Both the position numbers and the translations under genes were made by a program. 64,000 nucleotides of DNA from an uncultured Acidobacteriota bacterium (lineage in GTDB: Bacteria; Acidobacteriota; Thermoanaerobaculia; UBA5066; Gp7-AA6). The notes under the pieces were generated by a model, which was not told the DNA's origin, did not search any database, and saw only the letters and a list, made by a program, of their open reading frames with translations. The stretch lies in assembly GCA_963764715.1 (NCBI GenBank), contig CAVXTP010000001.1, forward strand, positions 11,504 to 75,503, read 5' to 3'. Shown here one piece after another: positions 19,303 to 27,966 of this stretch. Position 1 is the first letter of the stretch; each line of letters begins with the position of its first letter.

Positions 19303-19803
19303 CTACTCCGAGAAGAGGCGGTCGATGTCCTCGTCCGTGATCTCGGCGAAGGGCGAGTCGAAGTCGGCCTGGAGCGCCTGCTTCTCCTTCTCGGCCTTGC
19401 GGGCGATGTCCTGGAAGATGGTCTCGAGCTCGGCCATGGCCCGGCGGACGCGCAGGCGCACGAGCCCGAGGGAGGTCCGCTCGTCGAAGATCACGACGAG
19501 GATGACGCGCTGCGCCACGATCGAGATGTGGATGTTGTCGCGCTCGCCCTCGTGGAAGAGGATCGAGAACTCCTTCTCTCCGATCAGCCGGGCGAGGCCG
19601 TCGGTGGCGGCGACGTTGCCGGCGGTCAGGGAAGCGAGGGAGGTCGTGTCGAGCGTCGTGAGGTCGCCGACGGCCGCGATCTGCTGGCCGTTCTTGTCCA
19701 CCAGGAAGACCACGTTCGCGTTGGCGTCGGACGCCAGGCGGTGGAGCGATTCCTTGATCTTCCGGAATTCCTCGTCGTAGAGGACGAGGTCAGGCAGCGT
19801 CAT
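19303..19803 (-). CDS. mglB: MglB roadblock/LC7-domain GTPase-activating partner of MglA
   Basis: Roadblock/LC7 fold. Located immediately upstream of mglA in the same orientation. Confidence 0.7.
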   Translation of the reverse strand: MTLPDLVLYDEEFRKIKESLHRLASDANANVVFLVDKNGQQIAAVGDLTTLDTTSLASLTAGNVAATDGLARLIGEKEFSILFHEGERDNIHISIVAQRVILVVIFDERTSLGLVRLRVRRAMAELETIFQDIARKAEKEKQALQADFDSPFAEITDEDIDRLFSE

Positions 19804-19848
19804 GGATTAACTGATTCTCCTGTGAGGACTTATTCTAACAGCTTTATC

Positions 19849-20445
19849 TCACAACTCGCGCCGGTTCTCCAGCGACCGGGCCATCGTCACCTCGTCAGCG
19901 TACTCGATGTCTCCGCCGACCGGCAGCCCGAAGGCGATGCGGGTCACCCGCACGCCCGTCGGTTTGAGACGCCGGGCGAGATAGAGGGCCGTCGCCTCGC
20001 CCTCGACGTTGGGGTTCGTCGCGATCACGACCTCCCGGACCTCGGGCGTGACCCGCGACACCAGGCCGGCGACGTCGATCTCGTCGGGCCCGATGCCCTT
20101 CAGCGGCGAGAGGGCGCCCCAGAGGACGTGGTAGCGGCCCCGGAACTCGCGCGTCTTCTCCACGGCGGCGAGATTCCCGGGCTCCTCGACGACGCAGAGC
20201 AGCGACGGATCGCGCTGCGGGTCGGAGCAGATGTCGCACGGGTCTTCCTCGGTCAGCGTGTTGCAGGTCGAGCAGCGCTTGACCGAGGAGCGCGCGTCGG
20301 CGATCGCGTGGGCGAGGCGCTCGGCGTCCTCCGAGGGCGACCGGAGCAGGTAGTAGGCCAGCCGCGCGGCGCTCTTGGCGCCGATCCCGGGCAGGCGCTG
20401 GAACTCGGCGGCGAGGCGCTCCAGCGATTTCGGGGTTCCGGGCAA
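19849..20445 (-). CDS. recR: recombination protein RecR
   Basis: HhH motif, C4 zinc finger (CSTCN...CDIC), Toprim. Confidence 0.85.
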   Translation of the reverse strand: MPGTPKSLERLAAEFQRLPGIGAKSAARLAYYLLRSPSEDAERLAHAIADARSSVKRCSTCNTLTEEDPCDICSDPQRDPSLLCVVEEPGNLAAVEKTREFRGRYHVLWGALSPLKGIGPDEIDVAGLVSRVTPEVREVVIATNPNVEGEATALYLARRLKPTGVRVTRIAFGLPVGGDIEYADEVTMARSLENRREL

Positions 20446-20579
20446 GGCCTAGTGTCCTGTGGCGGGGGCCGTTTCGCGGGCCCGGCACGGCGACGACGGC
20501 CTCGCTCGGCCACAGGACCAGGAGCCGCTCAGCCGATCGCGCACCGTGCCGCCGACGTCAAGATCTCGGTGACTGAACA

Positions 20580-20876
20580 CTAGCGCATCCCCGGCATCAT
20601 TCCGCCGAGCATCGACGCCGTCTTCTTCTGTACGGCCTCGTCCACGCGCCGCGAGGCCTCGCGGGCCGCGGCGAGGACCAGGTCCTGCAGCGTCTCGACG
20701 TCTTCGGGATCGACGGCGGCCTTCTCGATGTGGACGGCGAGGACTTCCTTGGTCCCCGACATCTCGATCTTGACCATCCCGCCGCCCGAGGTCGCCTCGA
20801 CCCGCATGGCCGTGAGCTCCTCCTGCAGCTTCGTCTGCATGGCCTGGGCCTGCTGCATCATCTTCTGGATGTTCAT
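20580..20876 (-). CDS. ybaB: YbaB/EbfC nucleoid-associated protein
   Basis: 98 aa, typical YbaB sequence. Conserved dnaX-ybaB-recR synteny. Confidence 0.8.
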   Translation of the reverse strand: MNIQKMMQQAQAMQTKLQEELTAMRVEATSGGGMVKIEMSGTKEVLAVHIEKAAVDPEDVETLQDLVLAAAREASRRVDEAVQKKTASMLGGMMPGMR

Positions 20877-20949
20877 TGCGCCTCGGACGGGGTAGGGGCG
20901 GCCCTCGTGGCCGCCCGCCCGGGCGGGGGCAAGCCCCGCCCCTACTCCG

Positions 20950-22584
20950 CTATTCCTCCTCCTTGATCTCGGTCAGCTCGCCGTGGAAGAGCTCCATGGC
21001 CGAGCGCACCATCGGGTCGGCTTCCGCGCGGGTGCTCGCCCGCTCGCGGGAGATCGTCGAGCGCGGCACTTCCCGCGCGGCCTTGCCGAGATCGCCGTCG
21101 GCCGGCGGGCCCGTCTTCAGCACGATCTTGAGCGGCCGGCCGAAGGCCTCGCGGGCCACCTCGGCGAGCAGCTTCTTCGCGGCGTGCTCCTCGAGCGCCT
21201 CCTTGGCGGCCGCGCGGTCGATCCCGAAGCGCAGGACGAGCTCCTCGCCGGCCACGCCGATCGACTCGGCCAGGCTGACCTGGGCGGCCGTCACGCGGCG
21301 GCGCGAATCGAGGATCTCGTGGAAGCGCTCGATCGGATCGCCGGCCGCGGGCGCCGCCGCGGTCTCGCGGGGCTCCGGCTCGGGCTCGACCGGAACGAGG
21401 GAGACGATCCGGGGGCCCGCGTCCGCGGCGCGGGGCGGGACAGGCGTCGGCGGCGGCACGCTTCGCGCCGGGGGCGCTCCGCCGATCGACGCCTCGATGT
21501 CGCGCAGCCGCGGCAGCTCGGCGAGCTTCAGGACGAGCATCTGCACGACGAGGCCGGGGTCGTCGACGCGGCGCACCTGCTCCTCGGCCTGGAGCGTCAG
21601 CGAGACGGCGCGGAGCAGGTTTTCGTAGGGCATCGCCCGCGCGAGCGCCGCCATCCGCGCCTGCTCCTCCTTCGGGAGGTCGCTCGGGGCGCCGGCCGCC
21701 GAAAGGAGCGCGCGGCGCAGGAACACGACGAACTCGCGGAGCACGTGCCGCGGGTCCGCGCCCCCCTCGGTCAGGCGCGACAGGCTCGCGATCGCCGCGG
21801 CCCGGTCGCCGCCGGCGACCGCCGAGTACATGGCCTCGAGCAGGGTCGAGTCGACGAGCGCGAGGATCTCGGCGCAGCGTCCCTCGTCCACCCGGCCCGC
21901 GGCGAGGGTCGCCGCCTGGTCCAGCAGCGACAGGGCGTCGCGCAGGCTTCCCTCGGCGGCGCCCGCGAGCAGGCGCAGCGCGCCCGGCGTCGCGTCGATC
22001 TTTTCGGCCTTCGCCACCTTCGTGAGCTGCGCCGTGATCTCGGGGACGGTCAGCGCGCGGAACGCGAACCGCTGGCAGCGCGAGACGATCGTCGCCGGGA
22101 TCTTGTGGAGCTCGGTCGACGCCAGGATGAACCGCGCGTGGGGCGGAGGCTCCTCGAGGGTCTTCAGGAGGGCGTTGAACGCCTCGGTCGTGAGCATGTG
22201 GACTTCGTCGATGATGGCGATCCGGTAGCGGTCGCGCTGCGGCGCGTAGCGCACCGTCTCGATGAGCTCCCGGGCGTTCTCGATCTTTCGGTTCGACGCG
22301 CCGTCCATCTCGTGCACGTCGAGCGACTCGCCGCGATCCAGGATCTCGCGGCAGGACGCGCACTCGCCGCACGGACGGATCGTCGGCCCCTTGTCGCAGT
22401 TGAGGGCCCGGGCGAGCATCCGCGCCGTCGAGGTCTTTCCGACGCCGCGGGGACCGGTCAGCAGGTAGGCCTGCGCGACGCGCCCGTCGGCGATGGCGTT
22501 GGAGAGCGTCCGCGCGACCGCCTCCTGGCCGACCAGGTCTTCGAAGATGCGGGGCCGCCATTTGCGGGCAAGCGCGAGGTGCAT
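20950..22584 (-). CDS. dnaX: DNA polymerase III subunit gamma/tau
   Basis: AAA+ GPRGVGKTS Walker A motif and clamp-loader motifs. Confidence 0.85.
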   Translation of the reverse strand: MHLALARKWRPRIFEDLVGQEAVARTLSNAIADGRVAQAYLLTGPRGVGKTSTARMLARALNCDKGPTIRPCGECASCREILDRGESLDVHEMDGASNRKIENARELIETVRYAPQRDRYRIAIIDEVHMLTTEAFNALLKTLEEPPPHARFILASTELHKIPATIVSRCQRFAFRALTVPEITAQLTKVAKAEKIDATPGALRLLAGAAEGSLRDALSLLDQAATLAAGRVDEGRCAEILALVDSTLLEAMYSAVAGGDRAAAIASLSRLTEGGADPRHVLREFVVFLRRALLSAAGAPSDLPKEEQARMAALARAMPYENLLRAVSLTLQAEEQVRRVDDPGLVVQMLVLKLAELPRLRDIEASIGGAPPARSVPPPTPVPPRAADAGPRIVSLVPVEPEPEPRETAAAPAAGDPIERFHEILDSRRRVTAAQVSLAESIGVAGEELVLRFGIDRAAAKEALEEHAAKKLLAEVAREAFGRPLKIVLKTGPPADGDLGKAAREVPRSTISRERASTRAEADPMVRSAMELFHGELTEIKEEE

Positions 22585-22681
22585 CGGGGGTATCTTAATC
22601 GGTCGCTCGACGCGACCGGACGGGAGCGGAGAGCGGAATCGGCAAGATCGGGACCATCAAGAGTGTCCGGCGGCCGAAGAT

Positions 22682-22782
22682 GAGCTCAGGTTGACCTGCG
22701 GCGCACGGTGGCGCCTCCTGATCGCTGCTTCCTTCCGGACCTGACGAGGTTCGGAGACTTCCGTCGCACAGGGCCCGAACTC
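22682..22782 (-). ncRNA. ffs: signal recognition particle RNA (4.5S / ffs)
   Basis: Minus strand carries GTCAGGTCCGGAAGGAAGCAGC (the conserved SRP domain IV motif), flanked by pairing terminal segments. Sits at the usual position upstream of dnaX. Confidence 0.65.
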
Positions 22783-22807
22783 ATCTTCCGCCGCCGGACG
22801 AGCGATT

Positions 22808-23011
22808 CTATCCCACGGAGGACGGGCGGCGCGGACGGAGGAACGTCGCGAGAAGGACCGCGCCGAACAGCAGGCCCGCGGCGAGGTCCGAGCCGTGCAG
22901 GAATCCCTCGGGCGGCAGGGGCCACGCGCCGAAGGCCGCGCCCGCCGAAAAGACGAGAGCGAAGGCCGCGAGCCAGCCCGCGCCCGCCGCCGCGACCCGG
23001 GCGGGCGTCAT
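22808..23011 (-). CDS. small 2-TM membrane protein
   Basis: ATGA overlap with the anti-sigma stop. Hydrophobic segments. Confidence 0.3.
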   Translation of the reverse strand: MTPARVAAAGAGWLAAFALVFSAGAAFGAWPLPPEGFLHGSDLAAGLLFGAVLLATFLRPRRPSSVG

Positions 23012-23262
23012 TCCTTGTCGCGGCACCGCGCGCGGACGAACTCCATGACCACCTGGGCGAGATTTCGCGGCACCTCGCGCGGCTTGAGCATCCGGAGGGT
23101 TCGGCCGGTCGCCCGGTAGGTCTTCAGAAAGACCACGCAGGGCGGGCAATGGGAGAGGTGCTTCTCGAGGTCCTGGCGCACGTCCTCGGGCATGGAGCCG
23201 TCCTCGTAGTCCGCGAGGTAGTCGACGATCAGCTTGCGGCAGGAGATCTCGTCGTGGCTCAT
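23008..23262 (-). CDS. zinc-binding anti-sigma factor (ZAS/ChrR-like)
   Basis: HxxxCxxC motif (HLSHCPPC). Translationally coupled to the ECF sigma factor. Confidence 0.6.
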   Translation of the reverse strand: MSHDEISCRKLIVDYLADYEDGSMPEDVRQDLEKHLSHCPPCVVFLKTYRATGRTLRMLKPREVPRNLAQVVMEFVRARCRDKE

Positions 23263-23900
23263 GGCGCCACTCTCCTCTCCGCCGCGCGCCGGTCCGGGGG
23301 CGCCGAGGCGACTTCCGTGAGCCGCTGGCGCACGTAGAGACGGGCGCGGTGCAGCCGGGACTTCAGGGCCGCCAGGGAGATCTCGAGGGTCTCGGCCACG
23401 TCCGCCGGCTTCATCTCTTCGACGTCGACCATCCAGATCGCGTCCCGGTACGTCGGGGGCAGCTCGGCGATGAAGCCCTCCGCGCGCTCGGCCAGGTCGC
23501 GGGCGATCGCGTCGTTCTCGGTGCCGTCCACCCAGGCCGTGAACTCCGAGGACGGGGGCTGGCCGTCGCCGCCGAAGCGCGGCAGGTAGTCCTCGAGGGA
23601 GACCGTCGAGCCGGCGGACTTGCGGCGCCGGGCGCGGGTGTAGGCCGAATTCAGGGCGACGCGGTAGAACCAGGAGAAGAACTTCTTCGACTCGTCGAAG
23701 GTCCCGATCTTCCGGTAGAGCGTAAGGAAGGTGTCCTGCGTCGCCTCCTCCGCGTCTTCCGGGTTCCGGAGGACGCCGTAGGAGAGCGAGTAGACGCGAG
23801 CGTTGTATCGGTCGACCATGTCTCGAAAGGCCTGATCGTCGCCCCTCTTGATCCGCCGGACGAGGTCGAGGTCGGAGGCGTTGGGATCGTCTGCCATCAA
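23259..23900 (-). CDS. ECF-family RNA polymerase sigma factor
   Basis: Sigma-70 region 2 (FLTLYRKI..., YRVALN) and region 4 motifs. Confidence 0.8.
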   Translation of the reverse strand: MMADDPNASDLDLVRRIKRGDDQAFRDMVDRYNARVYSLSYGVLRNPEDAEEATQDTFLTLYRKIGTFDESKKFFSWFYRVALNSAYTRARRRKSAGSTVSLEDYLPRFGGDGQPPSSEFTAWVDGTENDAIARDLAERAEGFIAELPPTYRDAIWMVDVEEMKPADVAETLEISLAALKSRLHRARLYVRQRLTEVASAPPDRRAAERRVAP

Positions 23901-24000
23901 AAGTACGCTATCGCGTGCAGGGCTGATTCGGGAAATGAGTTGGGCGGGTTGCGCGATTTGGACGGGACAAGCGGGTTTGGGCGCGGATTCAGCTCAACTG

Positions 24001-24090
<90 letters not shown>

Positions 24091-24150
24091 GGGGCGGGGA
24101 ATCCTACAACACCAGGCGACAGTCGCATGCGAGTAAACGCCGCGCGCCGC

Positions 24151-24232
24151 GCGGCGTTGCCTACTGCCGGGGGTCTGCCTCTGGTGGTCGGCTCCAAGCG
24201 TGCTCCTTAAGCCACTCGGACACCTCTCCGGG
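24151..24232 (-). repeat. mosaic repeat: duplicated 5' half of tRNA-Ser (acceptor through anticodon loop) fused to core CCGACCACCAGAGGCAGACCCCCGGCAGTAGG
   Basis: 24195-24232 repeats the tRNA 5' 38 nt. The adjacent core also occurs twice downstream of tRNA-Ser(CGA) at 53.7-54.0 kb. Confidence 0.7.
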
Positions 24233-24334
24233 GCGCGGAATCCTAACAGGGTCACCGACCATAAACGAAGGGTCCGAGAGCCTGCGCCGAGTGATGTCCG
24301 GACGTTTTAGGGTTAGGGGGGTTACACTCAACGC

Positions 24335-24973
24335 GTGACGGGAGAGCGGGCGGCGAGGGGCGATCGGGCCGATTTCGTGTTTCTGGGGGGGCACCCCTGC
24401 CTCGATTTCCTCAATACGCGTCCTTTCGTGCGCGGACGGGCGGTCGAGCTGCTGCCGGACCTCGAGGCCTTCATCCGCTGGCTGGGGCGCGCGGGGAGGC
24501 TCGATCCGCGAACCGCGGCCGACGCACTCAAGCGGTGGGGTGAAAACCCCGAAGGCGCGCGAATCGCCGAGCGCGCCCGGGCCTTCCGCGAAACGCTCCG
24601 GCAAACCATCGACGGGCTGACCCGGGGACGCGGCGTCTCGACCGAGGGGTTCGCCGCGATCAACTTCATCCTGGCCGAGAACGACGGGAACCTCCGCCTC
24701 GAACGCATCGGCGGCGGATTCCGGACCCGCTTCACCTCCCGCCCCACGCACCCGATCTCGCTCCTCGGGAACGTCGCCGAGGCGGCCGCGGACCTCCTCT
24801 GCACGAAGAAGCCGGAGCTCATCCGCCGCTGCGGGAACCCGGATTGCGTGCTCTTCTTCTACGACGCGACGCGCAACCACCGGCGCCAGTGGTGCGCGAT
24901 GGGGACCTGCGGGAACCTGATGAAGGTGCGGGCCTTCCGCCGGCGGCACCGGCGTCCGACCGAGAAGCGGTGA
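24335..24973 (+). CDS. CGNR zinc-finger / ABATE-domain protein
   Basis: C-terminal CGNPDC...WCAMGTCGN zinc-finger motif. Confidence 0.6.
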   Translation: MTGERAARGDRADFVFLGGHPCLDFLNTRPFVRGRAVELLPDLEAFIRWLGRAGRLDPRTAADALKRWGENPEGARIAERARAFRETLRQTIDGLTRGRGVSTEGFAAINFILAENDGNLRLERIGGGFRTRFTSRPTHPISLLGNVAEAAADLLCTKKPELIRRCGNPDCVLFFYDATRNHRRQWCAMGTCGNLMKVRAFRRRHRRPTEKR

Positions 24974-25027
24974 GTTCGGTTCAGCGCGGGCGGTCGACTC
25001 GCTCCCGCTCGTAACGCTCATTCAAGT

Positions 25028-25336
25028 CTACGCGCCGGAGGCCATCCGCCGCAGCGACTCGAACGAATAGATCCCGTCGTTGTGGCCGTCGGCCCAGTCG
25101 ATCTGCAGGGCGTACGAGCCGACCCACCGGTGGGCCGCCGCCTGGATCGACAGGGGCGTGAGCGGCCGGTCCGGCCCGCGGTAGATCTTGCCGAAGAGGT
25201 CGGGCTCCCCCTTGCACATGGCGCACGGGCAGGCGCGGCGGAGCTTCTCGAGCGACAGGTAGTCCTCGCGCCCGTCGTCCCAGACGATGACGAGCTCCTG
25301 GCCTAGGACCTGGACCTGCTTCGGGACCGAGATCAC
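25028..25336 (-). CDS. DUF971-family protein (gamma-butyrobetaine hydroxylase-like N-terminal domain)
   Basis: CPCAMC motif. ATGA overlap with the stop of the first kinase. Confidence 0.55.
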   Translation of the reverse strand: MISVPKQVQVLGQELVIVWDDGREDYLSLEKLRRACPCAMCKGEPDLFGKIYRGPDRPLTPLSIQAAAHRWVGSYALQIDWADGHNDGIYSFESLRRMASGA

Positions 25337-27939
25337 CGGATGCCTTCGGCCAGGAAGAGGTCCGAGAGGATGCGGTTGTACGAGTAGACGTACGTCTTGC
25401 CGTCGGGCGTCAGGGCGGGAGGCGACAGGAGGTCAATCCCCGCGGGGTCGAGCGGCACGAGCTCTTTCCAGAGCTCGCGCTTCCCGGTCGAAAGCTCGAC
25501 GCGGAACACGCGGCCCGGAATCTTTTGCCGGTCGAAGAGAAACAGCCAGTGGCTGTCCCCCATCCAGCCGACCGGATCCTCTCCCGGCACGAGGCTCGGG
25601 ATCGGCTGCGGCTCCCCGCCGGCGAGCGGATAGAGATATCGGCGGCGGTCGGGTCCCTGCACGGACGCGAACTTCCCGTCCGGCGAAATCGACCGAAGGA
25701 AGGCCCGATAGCCGGGAGGACTGATGGAACGCGGTTTGGCATCGGCCGAATCCAGAAGGTAGAGGCGCTCGCCCCGGGTTCCCTCGCTCGCGGTGATGAG
25801 GATCGTCTGCCCGTTGGGGAACCACTCGGCGGTCTTGACGACGAGCCCCCCGGCGGTGACCGGCCGCGGAGATCCCGCGCCGGTTGGCAGCATCGAGAGC
25901 TTCGGGTCCTTCGAAATGTTCGTGACTCCCAGTACCCATCGGCCGTCCGGCGAGATCGACATCGGGATTCCCTCGCCGAGCCTGACCGGGGGCGATCCGT
26001 CCATGCGCCGCGTGTACGCCGAGTAGCCCGCTCCCCCGCCCTCGCCCGACTCGACGAACGCGAACCACGAGCCGTCGGCGGCGATGTCGCGCACGCCGGA
26101 CCAGTCGAGCCACGAGAGATCCTTTTCGCCCCTGTCGCCCGGGGCGTAACCGAGGATGCCCGACCGCAGTGTGTCGTGCGCGACGAGAACGCGCCCGTCC
26201 CGGGCCACGTCGTGGAGAGTCAGGTTGCCGGTCACGCGGGCGAGCACCCGCGTCCGACCCGAGAGGCTCGCGGCGTAGATGCTGCGATTCCCGCCGACCT
26301 CGGCGGCCGTAAACCACACCTCGCGGCCGCCCGGGGGCCACGCGAGGCCGCCCGCCGTGGAGAACTCGCGCGCCAGCGTCGTCATCTTCCCGGCCCGGTC
26401 GATCACGGCCACCGATCCCCCGTCGTCGCCGATGGAAGGATGGTTGATGAAGGCCACGGAATCGCCGCCCGGCGAAACGCGCAGGTTGGTGATCCAGCCG
26501 TCGGTCTCGTAGAGCGTCTTGCCGATCGGATATTCGACTCGGGTCTTGGATCCGACGGTGCGCACGATCGCGAGCGTCTGGCCGTCGGGAGCCCAGTCGG
26601 CGAACTGGACCTCCTCCTGGATCTCCCGGGGCGTTCCCCCGCCCGTGATCCCGATGCGGGCGAGCGTGCCGGCCCGCTCGAACGGTCCGACGAAGTGTCG
26701 ATTCAGGCCGACGGCCATCTCGCCGGACGACGAGATCGACAGGACGTCGGCTCCCACGAGCCCGAACGGCCGGGCCTCGGGGCTCTCCAACCGGCTCACG
26801 TAGATTTCGACCGGCCTCCCCTCCCAGGCCGCGGAGTAGATGATGGTCTGGCCGTCGGGCGCGAAGCGCGCCGTGAAGATCTCGCCGCGCTGGAAGGTCA
26901 GCTCCCGGAAGGACGGCGGGGTCGTCGCGCCCGCCTTCTTCCCGCCGGCGAACGCGGCGGCGCCGACGATCGCGGCGAGGGCCAGGGCGGCGAGGATCCA
27001 CGGCCAGGCCCGCCGGCCCGATCGGACCGCCGCCGTTGCCGCGGCCGTCTGATCGGTCGACGTCGAGAACGACGCTTCCGAGAGATGGTCGCGCACGTCC
27101 GCGAGATCGCGCGCGAGGTCCTTCGTCGTGCCGAACCGGTCCTCCGGGTCCTTCGCGAGGCAGCGCTCGACGAGCCAGCGCACGGGCGAGGGCACCTTCG
27201 GGTTGAGCTGCCCGAGAGGCGCCGGCTCCTCGCGGATGATCGCCGTCATCGTCTCCGCCGTCGTCGCCCGCTCGAAGGCGCGCTTGCCCGTCGCGAGCTC
27301 GTAGACCATCGATCCGAAGGAGAACTGGTCGGAGCGAAAGTCGACCATCCGTCCGGACGCCTGCTCCGGCGACATGTAGCCGACCGTCCCCATGACCATG
27401 CCCGGCCGCGTCGGCTCTCCGACCGCCGTCTTCAGGGCCGAGACCTCCTGGTCCTCGGGCGTGATGAGCTTGGCGAGGCCGAAGTCCAGGATCTTCGCGA
27501 ACCCGTGCTTGGAGACCATGACGTTCTGCGGCTTCAGGTCGCGATGAACGATTCCGGCGGCGTGGGCCGCGGCGAGCCCGTCGGCGATCTGCACCGAAAT
27601 CTCGAGGAGCTTCTTGACCGGCACGGGGCCGGCCGCCGAGAGGTCCTTCAGCGTCCCGCCCTCGACGAGCTCCATCGCGATGTAGACGTTCGACTCGTGG
27701 GTGCCGATGTCGTAGATCGTCAGGATGTTCGGGTGCGAGAGCGCCGAGGCCGCCCGGGCCTCCCGCTCGAAGCGGGACCGGCGCTCCGGGTCCGAGGCGA
27801 GCTCGGGAGGCAGCACCTTGACGGCGACGTCGCGTTTCAAACGCTCGTCGCGCGCGCGGTAGACCTCCCCCATCCCGCCGGCCCCGATGGGCGCGACGAT
27901 TTCGTAGGGTCCGAGCTTCGTTCCGGCGGCGAGGGTCAT
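25333..27939 (-). CDS. receptor-type Ser/Thr protein kinase with single TM and periplasmic TolB-like beta-propeller (paralog 1)
   Basis: GxGxxG, VAVK, HRDLKPQN, DFG and SPEQ motifs, then a TM segment, then PDGQ/PDG-repeat propeller. Confidence 0.8.
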   Translation of the reverse strand: MTLAAGTKLGPYEIVAPIGAGGMGEVYRARDERLKRDVAVKVLPPELASDPERRSRFEREARAASALSHPNILTIYDIGTHESNVYIAMELVEGGTLKDLSAAGPVPVKKLLEISVQIADGLAAAHAAGIVHRDLKPQNVMVSKHGFAKILDFGLAKLITPEDQEVSALKTAVGEPTRPGMVMGTVGYMSPEQASGRMVDFRSDQFSFGSMVYELATGKRAFERATTAETMTAIIREEPAPLGQLNPKVPSPVRWLVERCLAKDPEDRFGTTKDLARDLADVRDHLSEASFSTSTDQTAAATAAVRSGRRAWPWILAALALAAIVGAAAFAGGKKAGATTPPSFRELTFQRGEIFTARFAPDGQTIIYSAAWEGRPVEIYVSRLESPEARPFGLVGADVLSISSSGEMAVGLNRHFVGPFERAGTLARIGITGGGTPREIQEEVQFADWAPDGQTLAIVRTVGSKTRVEYPIGKTLYETDGWITNLRVSPGGDSVAFINHPSIGDDGGSVAVIDRAGKMTTLAREFSTAGGLAWPPGGREVWFTAAEVGGNRSIYAASLSGRTRVLARVTGNLTLHDVARDGRVLVAHDTLRSGILGYAPGDRGEKDLSWLDWSGVRDIAADGSWFAFVESGEGGGAGYSAYTRRMDGSPPVRLGEGIPMSISPDGRWVLGVTNISKDPKLSMLPTGAGSPRPVTAGGLVVKTAEWFPNGQTILITASEGTRGERLYLLDSADAKPRSISPPGYRAFLRSISPDGKFASVQGPDRRRYLYPLAGGEPQPIPSLVPGEDPVGWMGDSHWLFLFDRQKIPGRVFRVELSTGKRELWKELVPLDPAGIDLLSPPALTPDGKTYVYSYNRILSDLFLAEGIR

Positions 27940-27966
27940 GGAGAGCGGGGGGATTCTACCGGAGGC

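Noticed and set aside
22493-22925. ORFs 22493-22744 (+), 22686-22925 (-) and 22708-23337 (+)
   Set aside because: They overlap the SRP RNA gene and the dnaX 5' region. They have no coding signal and are replaced by the ffs annotation.
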